Source: Callorhinchus milii
Taxonomy: Eukaryota
Reading direction: 5' to 3'
DNA: 64,000 nucleotides
Assembly: GCF_018977255.1 (NCBI RefSeq)
Contig: NW_024704742.1
Coordinates: 131,876,001 to 131,940,000, forward strand
A program made the translations under genes and the position numbers. Under the pieces are notes generated by a model. That model ran no database searches, had not been told where the DNA came from, and saw only the letters and a list, made by a program, of their open reading frames with translations. The number at the start of each line of letters is the position of its first letter. Positions within the stretch are counted from its first letter, which is position 1. Of the stretch, positions 12,753 to 24,247 are shown in pieces.

Positions 12753-12989
12753 AGTATCTTGGCCAACAGGTGAATTGATCACTCACCGCATGGGTGTTTA
12801 AGAGGAATCACTGTGTGCAAAATGATTGCCATGTTTGGTTTCAAATACACAGTTACTACTCTACAACTTCCTGTGAGGCACTTTGAGACATATCAGCGTA
12901 AAAGGTGCAATGTGAAATGCAAACCTTTTGACTTCAGGACAAGGGGGGCAAAGTCTACAAAGTGTACCCCTAAAGGTTACAGATAATCT

Positions 12990-13310
12990 GAACCCCAACA
13001 ATGTATTTAACATGTTCAGAAAATCTGCTGCAGAGGAACGCAGACTCAAGCGCAGAGGAAGGTAGGTGAACAGACAGTTCAAATTCAATTACTTTACACA
13101 GAGAGCAGTGAGTGTGTGAAAGGGGCTCCCCAGGGTGGAGGCAGATTGCTTCAACAAATTCAAGAGGGAATTAAATCGCTCTTTGGCAAAGAAATTGATT
13201 GAGGGGTATGAGCGATCAGAGTGGTGTAGGAATTTTGTTTTATTTTGGGACTGGACAGATGGAATGCAGTGGACTTCTCCAGGTCTCTACAATCCTATGT
13301 TCGTATGTTG
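12990..13310 (+). mobile_element. Old CR1 3' fragment (other CR1 remnants near 690-865, 1500-1690, 4530-4620, 14050-14330, 30390-30790, 42560-42840, 50930-51600, 53570-53800)
   Basis: TTTACACAGAGAGCAGTG..TTCAAGAGGGAATTA..CCTATGTTCGTATGTT. Confidence 0.7.
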
Positions 13311-13569
13311 TACTCCCCATCTCCCCTCTATCCAAATGCTCTGTTAATCCCATCCGTTGGTCTTTACGTACAATAATTTGATTTATTTTGTGGTATTTTG
13401 AAACTTGATTCCTTAATAACAAATTTGGGTTGCGTAAATGGGCGTTTCTCTGATAACCTGGAAGTATGTTACCCCATCAAATTTATTTTGCCTGCAAAAC
13501 ACAGTCACTTCACTACAGTAAATCCAGTCAAATTCTTTGAGGTATTCTCCCTAAGTGAAAGGTGCTAAA

Positions 13570-14000
13570 TAATAAATAATCCTTGCATTTGGTATAGAGC
13601 CTTATCATGTCATTGAGACATCTCAAATTGCTTTTCCAGGATTTACTGTGAAGTGGAATAACTATGTATTTTGTAATATAACATGATAGCGAATTTGTGA
13701 ACAGCAGTGTCCCACAAACAGCCATGAAGTGAATAGCCAATTTTATCTGTGTTGGCTAGGAACCAAGAGAAACTCCCTTCTCTTTTCCAACAGGACCATG
13801 GGATCTTTGATGTCCACCTGGAATGTCAAATGGCACCTTGGTTTAATGGCTCATCTGAAGGACGGCACCTCTGAAAATGCAGCACTCCCCTGGCACTGGA
13901 CTGGAGTGTTAGCCTGGACTGTGAGCTCAAAGCCTCGACCTGGGGTTTGAGCCCACAACTTCTGATTCAGAAGTGATAGCTCTACCAACTGAGCCAGTGT
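13570..14000 (-). mobile_element. DeuSINE, near complete
   Basis: Reverse complement of head (CTACCAACTGAGCCA), Deu domain (CCATGGGATCTTT..TCATCTGAAGGACGGCACCTC) and tail. Confidence 0.85.
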
Positions 14001-14476
14001 TATCTCAAATGCAAAGAATATTAACAATAATTATTATTATCCAAAGGGAACTTATCTCTGATGCGATATCGTTCTGGAATAGAGTTCAAGGATCAAAGGG
14101 AGTTCTATGGAGTCTCATTAAGAAACATTGCAAGTTAGACTCTGCCTTGTTTCAACTTAAGAGGTGGTAAATGTCAGGTAAGACCTGCAAAAAAGGAGTT
14201 TAACATTTTTAGGTGGTTTTGATAGTGTTGACAGTGAGAAATTTCCACTGGGTCAGTGACTAGAAGGCAGCAATTTAAGACAAGGGAGCAAAGGGGGAGA
14301 TAAGAAGGATTTTTTCAATCCTCTTGTGTGTGAATAAAACTCTTTTGGACAGTATAGTTGCCTGTTCCAAGAGGGGATACATTTGTCGGGGAGAAATCTC
14401 GCAGGAATCTTGATTCACTCTTATTACGTGGCATTCAATCAAGAGTTAGGTTGTGGAGTGTGTTCAAGAGGGAACG

Positions 14477-14746
14477 ATAATAATAATAATAATCCTTGTA
14501 TTTGATAAAGGTGAATTGACTGTATATTTGTGGGCGAACGCGGCAGCCAATTGCGCACAGCAATGTTCCACAAACAGTCGAAGATTGAAAATGACCAATT
14601 TATTATTGCTTTGTTTTTTGGAGGGATTATTATTAGGCTCTGTGTGGAGTAAGGAAACTTGCCCAAGGTTTCGCCCTCTGCCTGGAATTGAGCTCAGGTC
14701 TCTCACTTGCAAGGCGAGTGCTCTAACCACTGAGCTACAGGACTCC
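14477..14746 (-). mobile_element. tRNA-Ala SINE, short subfamily, 3' stem-loop deleted
   Basis: Reverse complement of the 15080 copy. Sequence jumps from TTTGATA to AAGGTGAATTG at ~14507. Confidence 0.93.
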
Positions 14747-15079
14747 ACAGGATCACTCTTCCAAAGAGCCATTACAGACTTGATGGGCTGTAAATCTGTA
14801 CAGTTCTATGGAACACTTCCATTTTAAGTAAAAGCATGCAATTCTGTGTCTTGGAATAGGAGCAGCAGAGCTCAATGCATAGTATAGGTATCTCATTCTA
14901 CCCCTAACAATGGTCCTTACCCCTGAACTCACAATCCACGTTCAAGCTCTCTGGGACGCTACCCTACGAGAAAAGCGCTATATGAATGCAAGTTGTTGTT
15001 GTAATCACCACTACACCAAGGTGACTTTTAGCATTTCTCACGGAGGAAAACAGAATTATGAAACTCGGTGTCAACGTGT

Positions 15080-15403
15080 GGAGTCCTGTAGCTCAGTGGT
15101 TAGAGCACTCGCTTTGCAAGCGAGAGACCTGAGTTCAATTCCAGGCAGAGGGCGAAACCTTGGGCAAGTTTCCTTACTCCACACGCCTAATAATAATCCC
15201 TCCAAAATCTAAAACAATAATAAATTGGTCATTTTCAATCTACGACTGTTTGTGGGACATTGCTGTGCGCAATTGGCTGCCGCGTTCACCCACAAATATA
15301 CAGTCAATTCACTTTACAGTGTGTTCTGTGAAGCGCTTTGGGACGTCCTCCCGACGTGAAAAGCGCTATATCAAATGCAAGGATTATTATTATTATTATT
15401 ATT
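15080..15403 (+). mobile_element. tRNA-Ala(UGC)-derived SINE, young short subfamily (resembles SINE2-1_CM type)
   Basis: Box A TAGCTCAGTGG. Anticodon arm CTCGC-TTTGCAA-GCGAG. Box B GTTCAATTCC. Deu-like 3' core, L2-type stem-loop at 15332-15367 and an (ATT)n tail. Confidence 0.95.
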
Positions 15404-15419
15404 TATGCTACGATGGAGC

Positions 15420-15580
15420 CACGTCCAATAGCAAGCGAGTTAAGAACTGACCAAACTCCGTGGCGGACCCTTCCATCCAGCAGAGAGACCAGGTTTCCAC
15501 TCCATCCGTCTGAGTTGGATTGGGACCCAGGTCCTTGAGGTGGCACACAGTGTGCTGAGCCAATCCAGCACACAGCCCAC
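15420..15580 (-). mobile_element. Possible ancient tRNA-headed SINE remnant (LF-SINE-like)
   Basis: Minus strand reads GGATTGGCTCAG..GGACCTGGGTCCCAATCCA..GAGTTTGGTCAGTTCTTAAC..CTATTGGAC, resembling my recollection of the LF-SINE body. Confidence 0.3.
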
Positions 15581-17122
15581 ATTTTAATTGCTTCTTGACG
15601 TCTTCGAGAGTAATCTTTTGCCGCATGTGGGGCAGACAGGTGGCGGTTCCATCCACCCACAGCTTAACGCCCGAACTGCCATCAGCCGCTGTGTCACATC
15701 ACAGCATTTGCTTTCATTCGTGAGAATGAAAACAACAAGGCGAGTTGGTACGAGGAGATACACATGGAAAGTTACGGTCTCTTGTGTGAATAAAAATCTT
15801 TTGGATGGTTTACTTGACTGTTCCGATAGGGGATGGAGTGGGTTGGGGGGAGCAAATTTGCAAGGGAGAAATTTCACTGGAGTCTAGATTCACTCTAAGC
15901 GGCATTTGAAAACGACCAGAATTTGGCAAATTGGTAAATTATTCGAGCCCACTTTCTGAACATTTCTTGAAAGAAGTACAGACAGCAGAATTCAAAGTTA
16001 AGACTTAATTCAACAATTTGCCAATATTCTGGATGCTCAGAAATATCGAATAAATAAAGTGTAAATGAAGCCTAGCTCAGTTAGCCACAAACTTGCCTCT
16101 GAGTCAGAAGATTCAACAACAACCTGCATTTATATAGCCCCCTTCAAGCTGGACAGCATCTCGGAGCAATTAACAGTGGCTGAGCCCAATGCTGAGCTAG
16201 TGGGAGGGGGAAGGTTTGACATTCAAGCCCCAGTGTCAGGATCTTCAATGCACAGTCTAGGCTGACACCGTGCTGGAATGTCTGGGCAGTCCCCTTATGT
16301 CATGGTGACCAGAACTGTAATGCAGTATTCAAGGTGTGATCTGAACAATAACAACAACAAAATTACATTTGTATAGCACCTTTCATGTCAGGAGGAAGTC
16401 CCAAGGCGTTGGACAGACAGAGTTACGGACCCGAGCTGAGGGTCGGGGTTGGGGAAGGGGGAGGGCAGGGGGGGAAGAGGGAGATCGAAAGCACGGTCGA
16501 AGAAGAGGGTCTTGAGGTGGGTCTTGAAGATGGCGAGGGAGGGGCCGAGATGGAGGAACTGCGGGATGGAGTTCCAGAGGGTGGGTGCAGAGTGGCGGAA
16601 GGCCCACCCACCGATAGTGGGGCGAGCACAGCGGGGACTTGAAGCAGGACGGAGTCCGCTGAGTGGAGGGAGTGAACAGGGTGGTAGGGGGTTACGCGGT
16701 CAGAGAAGTAGGGGGGAGCAAGACTGTTGAGGGCTTGGAAGGTGAGGACCAGGATCTTGAACTGTATCCTCTGTGTGATGGGAAGCCAGTGGAGTTGGGC
16801 AAGGTTGGGGGTGATAGGGTCTTGGAATCTAGTGCGGGAGAGGACACAGGCTGCAGAGTTCTGGATGATCTGCAGCCTGTGGAGGGAGGAGTTGGGGAGG
16901 CCGACAAGCAGTGAGTTTGCATAGTCAAGCCTCGATATAATGAAGGCTTCTGTGAGGGTTTCGGCAGCCTGCGGTGTGAGACAGTGTCGGAGCCGGGCGA
17001 TGTTGTGGAGGTGGGGAAGGCAGAGCAAGTCATGGCACAGATGTGGAGTAGAAAGGATAGTTGAGGGTCAAACAATACCCTGAGGTTCTGGACTGGCTTA
17101 GCAAGGTGGAGGGTGCAACCAT

Positions 17123-17447
17123 GGAGTCCTGTAGCTCAGTGGTTAGAGCACTTGCTTTGTAAGTGAGAGACCCGAGTTCAATCCCAGGCAGAGGGCGAAA
17201 CCTTGGGCAAGTTTCCTTACTCCACACACCTAATAATAATCCCTCCAAAACCAAAAATAATAATAAATTGGTCATTTTCAATCCACGACTGTTTGTGGGA
17301 CATTGCTGTGCGCAATTAGCTGCCATGTTCGCCCACAAACATACAGTCAATTCACTTTACAGTGTGTTCTGTGAAGCGCTTTGGAATGTCCTCCCGACGT
17401 GAAAAGCGCTATATCAAATGCAAGGATTATTATTATTATTATTATTA
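17123..17447 (+). mobile_element. tRNA-Ala SINE, short subfamily, inserted in L2
   Basis: Full-length. ATGGA at both junctions (17121-17125 and 17447-17451). Confidence 0.95.
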
Positions 17448-19319
17448 TGGATGGTGACGCTGTCAGTGGCTGAGGTGAGGAGCCGCTAACGGGATCCAAT
17501 CAGGAGAGCCTCCATCTTGTTGATATTCAACTGAAGAAAGTTAGCTCTCATCCAGGACTTGATGTCTGACAAATATTCTGTTAGGACAGCAGTGGTCCTG
17601 GAATCAAGGGTGGAGGCAGAGAGGTAGAGTTGGGTGTCATCTGCACACATGTGGAAGTTGATTCCATGTCTGCAGATGATGTCACTAAGAGGGAGTATAT
17701 AGATGTTGAAGAAGAGGGGACCAAGGACAGAGCCCTGAGGAATGCTGTACAAGACAATCCGGGGGCTAAAGGAAAAAACGTTTGAGGAGATAAAGTGCAG
17801 GCGGTGTGACAGGTACGATCTGAACCAATCAAGGACAGCGCCGTGGAGGTTGAGGTGAGAGGAGAAGCGGTGGATGAGGGTATAGTTATCCACGGTGTCA
17901 AAAGCAGCAGAGAAGTCAAGGAGCATAAGGAGGCAGAGGGAGCCCTGGTCGCAGATGGACAGAATGTCATTTGTCACTTTGACCAGGGCGGTTTCTGTGC
18001 TTTGGGGGGCATTGCCTCACAGTTTACATTTGAGATGAGGATGAGTGAGGCATGAGAGGGTGGGCAGAGGAGTCGGTTCTTGATGGAGGAGCCTGGGGTT
18101 GCCCTTAGCCTCCAAAATTGTCTTGGAGTTGAATGACGATTTAGCGGAGGCGATGGCGGAATGGTAGGATTTGACATGGTCCAAGCAAATCTGCCAGTGG
18201 ACAATTAGGTTTGATTTAAGCCGGTGCGCTCAGTGGAACACGCATGGGCTTTAAGGGAGCGGAGGTGGCTGGTGATATGCGTAAGTAGGAGACGGTTTAG
18301 GAAGGGAGGGGAGCAAGGGAGTGGAGGAGAGGGAGCTGTGGAGAAGAGTGACCGAGGAGGATAGATCATTGCGGAAGGACGCCCAGAGGGGAAGGAGTTC
18401 AGATGACTCCAAGGCAGCTGAGAGGGTGGGGAGATTTTTTTTTCCAGGGGCGGTAGGAGATGGAGGTGGGTTGGGTCGTGGTGGGGAGAGGAATTGAGGA
18501 GTAAGGGAGATGAAGTGATGGTCCGAGACTGCTTTGTCGTTGATAGTGAAGTCCGAGACAGTTAAGCCCCGTGGGATCACCAGGTCGAGGGGGTGACCAC
18601 GGACGTGGGTGGCAGAGTAGATGTGGAGGTAGAGATTGAGGGAGGAGATAAGGGAGGAAAAGTCAGCAGAGGTAGGGCAGGAGGGGCTGAAGTGAAGGTT
18701 GAAATCGCCAAGGATGAGTAGACGTTCAGAGCAGACGGAGTGGGAAGATAGGAGGGTAGAGATATCAGGGATGAAGTTGGAGGAGGGATTAGGGGGCCAG
18801 TAGATAAGGAGAATTCTGAGGGAAGGGTTGGAGGGGTGATAGAGGGTAAAGTGTTCAAAGGAGGGGAAAGCTCCAGAGCAGTAAAGGTTAGGCCGAGCGG
18901 GGACCCGGAGATGAGAGCCACACTGCCACCATGGCGTTTAGGTCGATGGGTGTGATGGAAAGTGTAGCCAGGTGGTGTGGTCTCTATCAGAGGGAAGGTG
19001 TGGCCTTCCCAGGTTTCAGTGAGGGCAAGAAGGTTGATGTGTTCATCGCAATGAGGTCTTGGATGGCGTGTGTTTTGTTGAAGAGGGAACGGGCGTTTTG
19101 TAGACCGATGCGGAGGGGACAGTTGGTGGTGGAAAGTGTGGTCGAGGCAGGGGAGGTGGGAGGGGACTGATAGGGAGGGTAGGGATATGGATCAGGGAGG
19201 AGAGGTTGACCCCTGTGTTTGGGGACTAGTGAGTCTTGCGGCGAGAATGGGAAATAGGGCAGTCAAAGTGCTGCTGTTGGACAGCCAGCGGCGACTCCCA
19301 CGGTGGGCCTGACGGAAAA

Positions 19320-19585
19320 GGAGTCCTGTAGCTCAGTGGTTAGAGCACTCGCCTTGCAAGTGAGACACCTGGGTTCAATTCCAGGCAGGGCGAAACCTTG
19401 GGCAAGTTTCCTTACTCCACACAGAGCCTAATAATAATCCCTCCAAAAAAAATCAACAATAAATTGGTCATTTTCAATCTACGGCTGTTTGTGGGACACT
19501 GCTGTGTGCAATTGGCTGCTGCGTTTCGCTCACAAATATACGGTCAATTCAATTTACAGTGTATTCTGTGAAGAGCTTTGGGATG
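19320..19585 (+). mobile_element. tRNA-Ala SINE, short subfamily, 3' tail lost, inserted in the L2 5' region
   Basis: Head and body intact. Stops at GCTTTGGGATG, where L2 sequence resumes. Confidence 0.92.
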
Positions 19586-19819
19586 GTCGAGCAGGGATAG
19601 GAGTCCGGGAGGGTGGTGGCAGAGGAGAACTGAGCGGGAGTAAGTGAGGGTAGAGGACAGGGGTGGGGGCATTGTGGGGAAGCAGCTTGGGTCGGTGGCG
19701 GCAACCATAACACGCCCGCCGAGACTTAACACAAGCGGTGGGGGGGGGGGGGTCAGCAAGGCATGGTTAGCCCCCTGGTGAGAGTCAGCAGGGGGAGTGG
19801 GGACAATGTTATAGTCGCA

Positions 19820-20102
19820 GCAGCAACAACAACAACAATAAATTGCATTTGTATAGCGCCTTTCACATTGGAAAGAGTCCCAAGGTGTTGAACAGTCAAG
19901 GATTTGGACCCGAGCTGGGGGTTGGGATTAGGAGGGGTGCAGGGCAGGGAGTGTATCTATAGTGGGGTAAAATAGACAGATGACCGAAGGTTCAGTTGAA
20001 GAGAAGGGTTTTGAGACAGGCATTGAGGGAGGCAAGAGAGGGAGCGAGGCAAAGGTACTGTGGATGGGGACAGAGAGGCTGAAGACCTGACCACCGATGG
20101 TG
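19820..20102 (-). mobile_element. L2 3' end, head-to-tail with the 16344-19806 element
   Basis: (AAC)n tail, stem-loop and LKTLLFN-like C-terminus. Confidence 0.8.
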
Positions 20103-21727
20103 TTTATGTATATGTATTCCGATGATGACGATACAGCCAGAGTATGATATCTGGGGATCCAAACTCAACTGGATTAGCAATATAGTAGACAGCATCCCAA
20201 CCTGAAAGACTTATTTCAAATGCAAGGATTATTATTTTGTTTATCCTGTTGCATGCAGCAATTCAATGTGACAATTGTAGAACACAAGGCTAAATTGTCC
20301 CTATTGTATTTTAATATCATATTTGAAAGTTCTTTTAATTTCCACTGGATGAAATGTAGTATAAACACGTGGTTATCCTATACCCCAATAACACTTAATT
20401 TCTTGTTCAGTGAGGGAAAGGTAAGTTGGACTATCAATTAGTGGAGATTTAAACATGGGATTTAGGGTAGCAATCCAGGACATCTTGTGCAAGAACTCCC
20501 AGAACAGTTGATTGCACTTTTTAAATATATATATACATATATACTGGATCATTCCTTATTATTTTGATTTCCAGGCAAGGCTGGGCTATATGTAATTGAC
20601 TGCCAAATCCATAGAAAGCTATTTCCCCCACTCCAAATGCAATCACAATGAAAATGAAATCTACAGCCAGGCACACACACATAGAGTAGCATTACTGAGC
20701 TTGAGAGAATTGGGTGCTGGCGGGTGTGTTAGTGGAAGGAGAGGAGGGAAGAGCGAGGAGTGTGTGTGTGTGTGTATGTTGGGGGAGGGTAGAGATGTGG
20801 AAAGATTTTCGATAGAGCCATTAAAACAATGTCCATTACTTTCACATTGGCGCCCAAACAAGACAACCAACCATGGGGATTACTTGGCTTTTACCTTGTT
20901 TAAGCAAACACTTGCATTAAGCAGTCAATTTACATCAATCTGGAGACTGCAATTTAGGTACAGATTTTCAGCCTGCAGAATTTTGTTTCAAGCCAGTCAC
21001 TCAGGGCATTTCGAGTAATGACTGTGCCAGGATTGTCATTTACTCTGTTTAGCTGGGATTTATAGTGCAGTTTATTTTGGGCATGGCAAAATTGGGGAGG
21101 GGAAAATGAAGAGCGAGCGAGAGAGAAGACTGGGAATTGAAACTTGTTTAGAATAGAGGGCTGCATTTGATTATTAGTTTTAGATGAGAATTTTCCTGTG
21201 GGCAGTTCACTACATTTTATTGTTATAGATTTTTGGGACTGTAATTGGATGAGTCTAATTTTTCTTTCATTACCTGTGTAACGGCCAAGTGGCCCTCTTC
21301 CTCTGTATTTTATTAAGACTCTAACCCCTTGTTAATACAAAATCAGGGTAGGATTTCTCTGCACTCAATCAGCATCTTGGAATTAAATGTTGCCTGGACT
21401 GTGACTCTCCTCCTAGGTTTGCGAGCTGATTACATTTTCATTACTTTTGTGCTGCAAGTCCCTCTCCTGCTTCTCTCCTTTTCATGTTGTAATTATATGA
21501 TTATTAGATATAAGCTAAAAGTCTTCAAATTTCATGAAACTCACTTTCCAATTGCTCAGTAGTAAGAGGAGCCAGGCGTAAACTGCTGTTACTTAAAGCA
21601 ATAGGTAGAAGAGCCATGTGAAATCTGCCATCAGTTAAAGCAATGTTAAACTTGCAAGAAAGGATATTTATTGGCTTGCAAATACATAGTCACTAGACTT
21701 TACAATATATTGTATATAACATATACA

Positions 21728-21910
21728 GAGTCCCGTAGCATAGTGGTTAGCCTCTCGCTTGGGAAGCAAGAGGACCTGGGTTCAATTCCCGAAACCTTAG
21801 GCCAATTTCCACAGGATTCTGTTTACCTAGCAGTAAGTAGGAACATGGTTGTTAGTCGGGTGGCAGATCACGTTCCAGGGGCAATAATTCCTCCTAAAGA
21901 AAATTGGGTG
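21728..21910 (+). mobile_element. 5' half of a long-subfamily SINE
   Basis: GAGTCCCGTAGCATAGTGGTTAG..GGGTTCAATTCC..GTTTACCTAGCAGTAAGTAGGAAC. Confidence 0.8.
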
Positions 21911-22161
21911 AATTTGGAGCATAATCGTCCGACAGTACTATTCAAAGTTTCCTTTTGAAAAGTTTACACATGTTGTTTCGAGACAAAATTGAGCTCGGTT
22001 TTCCTCTCCTCCCTTTCTCTCTACTTCTCTCGCTCTCTCTACCTCTCTCTCTCTCCCTCCATTCTCCCTCTCCACACCACTCAAACAGTCCCTGACAATC
22101 AGTATCCATTCACACAAGATTATTACTTGGTGAAGAAGTGGATGTTGCAGGTGCCACGTAC

Positions 22162-22180
22162 CTCTGCACGATTCAGTGCC
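22162..22180 (-). other. Candidate 19-nt microexon
   Basis: Minus strand: CCTAAC branch point, TGC-containing pyrimidine tract, CAG|GGCACTGAATCGTGCAGAG|GTACGT. Confidence 0.35.
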
Positions 22181-22734
22181 CTGCGGACAGGCAGGGGATG
22201 AAGCACAGATTTACTGGTTAGGACGATCCTTTTATTTCATTCGTTGATTCAGATCCATTTGTTTGAATCAATCCCACAGTACTTAGTGTAGTTAATGTGG
22301 TTAGGTGTAATTGATAGGTGGTTCACAGGGGACAACAAAGACAGTCTTCTAGTTATTCTCTTTCGTTAGTTCTGAATACTGGCGATCAATAAATAGCTCA
22401 ACCAGGGATGGTAGATTTCCCCCCAGCTAGTGATAGCTACCTGTAATTGATAGTTAATTCACCGGGAGGAAAGGATGCAGATCCCCAGATCCTCACATGG
22501 GTCTAATTGTAATCAATAGATAGCACACTGGGGAATATTGAAATTCCTCTTGCTAGTTTCCCTGTCAGTGGTGGCCACTTTCAATCAATGTACAGCACAC
22601 ATTGAAGAAATGTGGCTGCTCGGTTAGTGCTTTTCAGGTGTGTGATAACTACTTACATTTCTGGTCACCGTGACATAAGCAGGATGCTCAGGCCTTAGAG
22701 GCGGTGAGGAGGAGAGCAGCCAGGATGATCCCCT

Positions 22735-23662
22735 ACAACAACAACAACAACAACAAAATTATATTTATAGAGCGCCTTTCACCTTGGGAGGACATCCCAA
22801 AGCGCTGAACAGTCAGATGTCGGGGCCCGAGCATAGGGGAGGGGTAATTTAGGGGTGAGGAAAGACATTGAGGTGTGAGGCGACCAAAAGCACGATCGAA
22901 GAGAACTGGACTTGAAGGTGGCAAGGGAGGAAGCGAGGCAAAGGAACCGTGGGATGGAGTTCCATAGTGTGGGGGCAGAGAGGCTGAAAGCCCGGCCACC
23001 GATCGTAGGGCAGGTCGGGCAGGACACATGGAGCAGGCTGGAGCCCACTGAATGGAGGGAGCGGGCAGATTAGTAGGGAGTCAGCAGGTCAGAGAGGTAA
23101 AAGGGGACAAGGCCATGGATGGCCTTAAAGGTGAGGACGAGGATCTTGAACTCGATCCTCTGGGGGATGGGGAGCCAGTGGAGTTGGGGGAGGGTGGGAA
23201 TGATGGGGTCATTGGGAAGTTGGGAAGATTGATGAGGAGGGATTTCCCGTAATCGAGCCTTGATGTGATGAATGCATGGGTGAGGGTTTCGGCAGCCTGA
23301 GGGGTGAGGCAGTGGCGGAGTCTGGCAATGTTGCGGAGGTGGTGGTAGGCAGTGCTGGTCATGGCGCGGATGTGGGGGAGAAAGGACAGTTCAAGGTCAA
23401 ACAAGACACCTCAGGTTCCTGATTGGCTTAGTGAGGTTGAGTGTGCAGCTGTGGATGCTGATGCTGCCAGCACCCGAGGTGCGGAGGGCGAGCCAATCAA
23501 GAGGGCCTCGGTCTTGCTGAAGTTGAGTTGGAGAAAGTTGTCCTTCATCCAGGACTTGATGTCGGACAGGCAGTCGGTCAGGATGCCAGTAGTCCTGGAG
23601 TTGAGAGTGGAGGCAGAGAGATAGAGTTGGGTGTCATCCGCATACATGTGGAAATTTACTCC
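22735..23662 (-). mobile_element. 5'-truncated L2 LINE
   Basis: (AAC)n tail at 22735. FHMYADDTQLY in ORF 23411..23719. SRLDYG in ORF 23081..23404. Confidence 0.9.
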
Positions 23663-24247
23663 AGTATTAGAGCAACAAGGATGATCCCCAGTGTAAGAGC
23701 AATGAGCTGTGAGCAACAATAAGACAAGCTCTTCATCCTTGAAAGAATACGACTCAGAGGGGAAATAATAGACAAATAGTAAATACGAACAGCCATGTGG
23801 TGAGTGATCAATTCACCTGGAGAACTGTTGGCCAAGAAACTTGGAGAAACTCACTTCTAATTTTGAATAGAGTCAAGACATCTTTAATATTCCTTTAAAT
23901 ACAGCTAGATAGGACCCCAGTTTCATGTCTCTGAAGTACAGCATTTCCTACAAGGAAACCCCCCCCCCTCCCTCCCCAGCACTACGATGGGAAATTAGCC
24001 TACACTGTAAACTCATGTTCCAAAATTGGTCAATTTCTTGGTAAGCCAGGTACCTGACACAGGCAGCAACCCTTCACCTTGCTTATGAGATTCTAGTGTT
24101 AGAGGAATGAACCATGAGCAACGATTAGACAACTTAGGGCTCATCAGTATTGAGAGAAGGCATCACAGAAGAGATCTCACAGAGGTGCATAACATGTCAA
24201 ATGGGATTGAAAAACTAAACCCAGAGCACCTTAGGATGCACAAACAC

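Larger units (their letters stand above)
16344..19806 (-). mobile_element. Apparently full-length, decayed L2-clade LINE (APE + RT, single ORF) interrupted by two SINEs
   Basis: (AAC)n tail and stem-loop at 16344-16410. RT peptides in ORFs 16423..17028 and 17486..17977 (LLDFSAAFDTVD, IPQGSVLGP, degenerate CADDTQLY, FLQLNINK). APE remnants at 18250-19110 (SDHHFI). N-terminal YSRSVLL motif in ORF 19544..19759. Internal deletion near 18005. Confidence 0.9.

Noticed and set aside
15080..15150. tRNA-Ala(UGC) gene (and the same head at 17123, 19320, 60427, 62668)
   Set aside because: D, anticodon and T arms are present, but the 3' acceptor strand does not pair with the 5' end and the sequence runs into a SINE body.
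14320..15910. Similarity between 14320-14440 and 15780-15910 as a special duplication
   Set aside because: Highly diverged and adjacent to CR1 remnants, so most simply old repeat fragments.
22171..22195. REST/RE1 site (TTCAGTGCC..GGACAG)
   Set aside because: Non-canonical spacing and mismatches in both half-sites.
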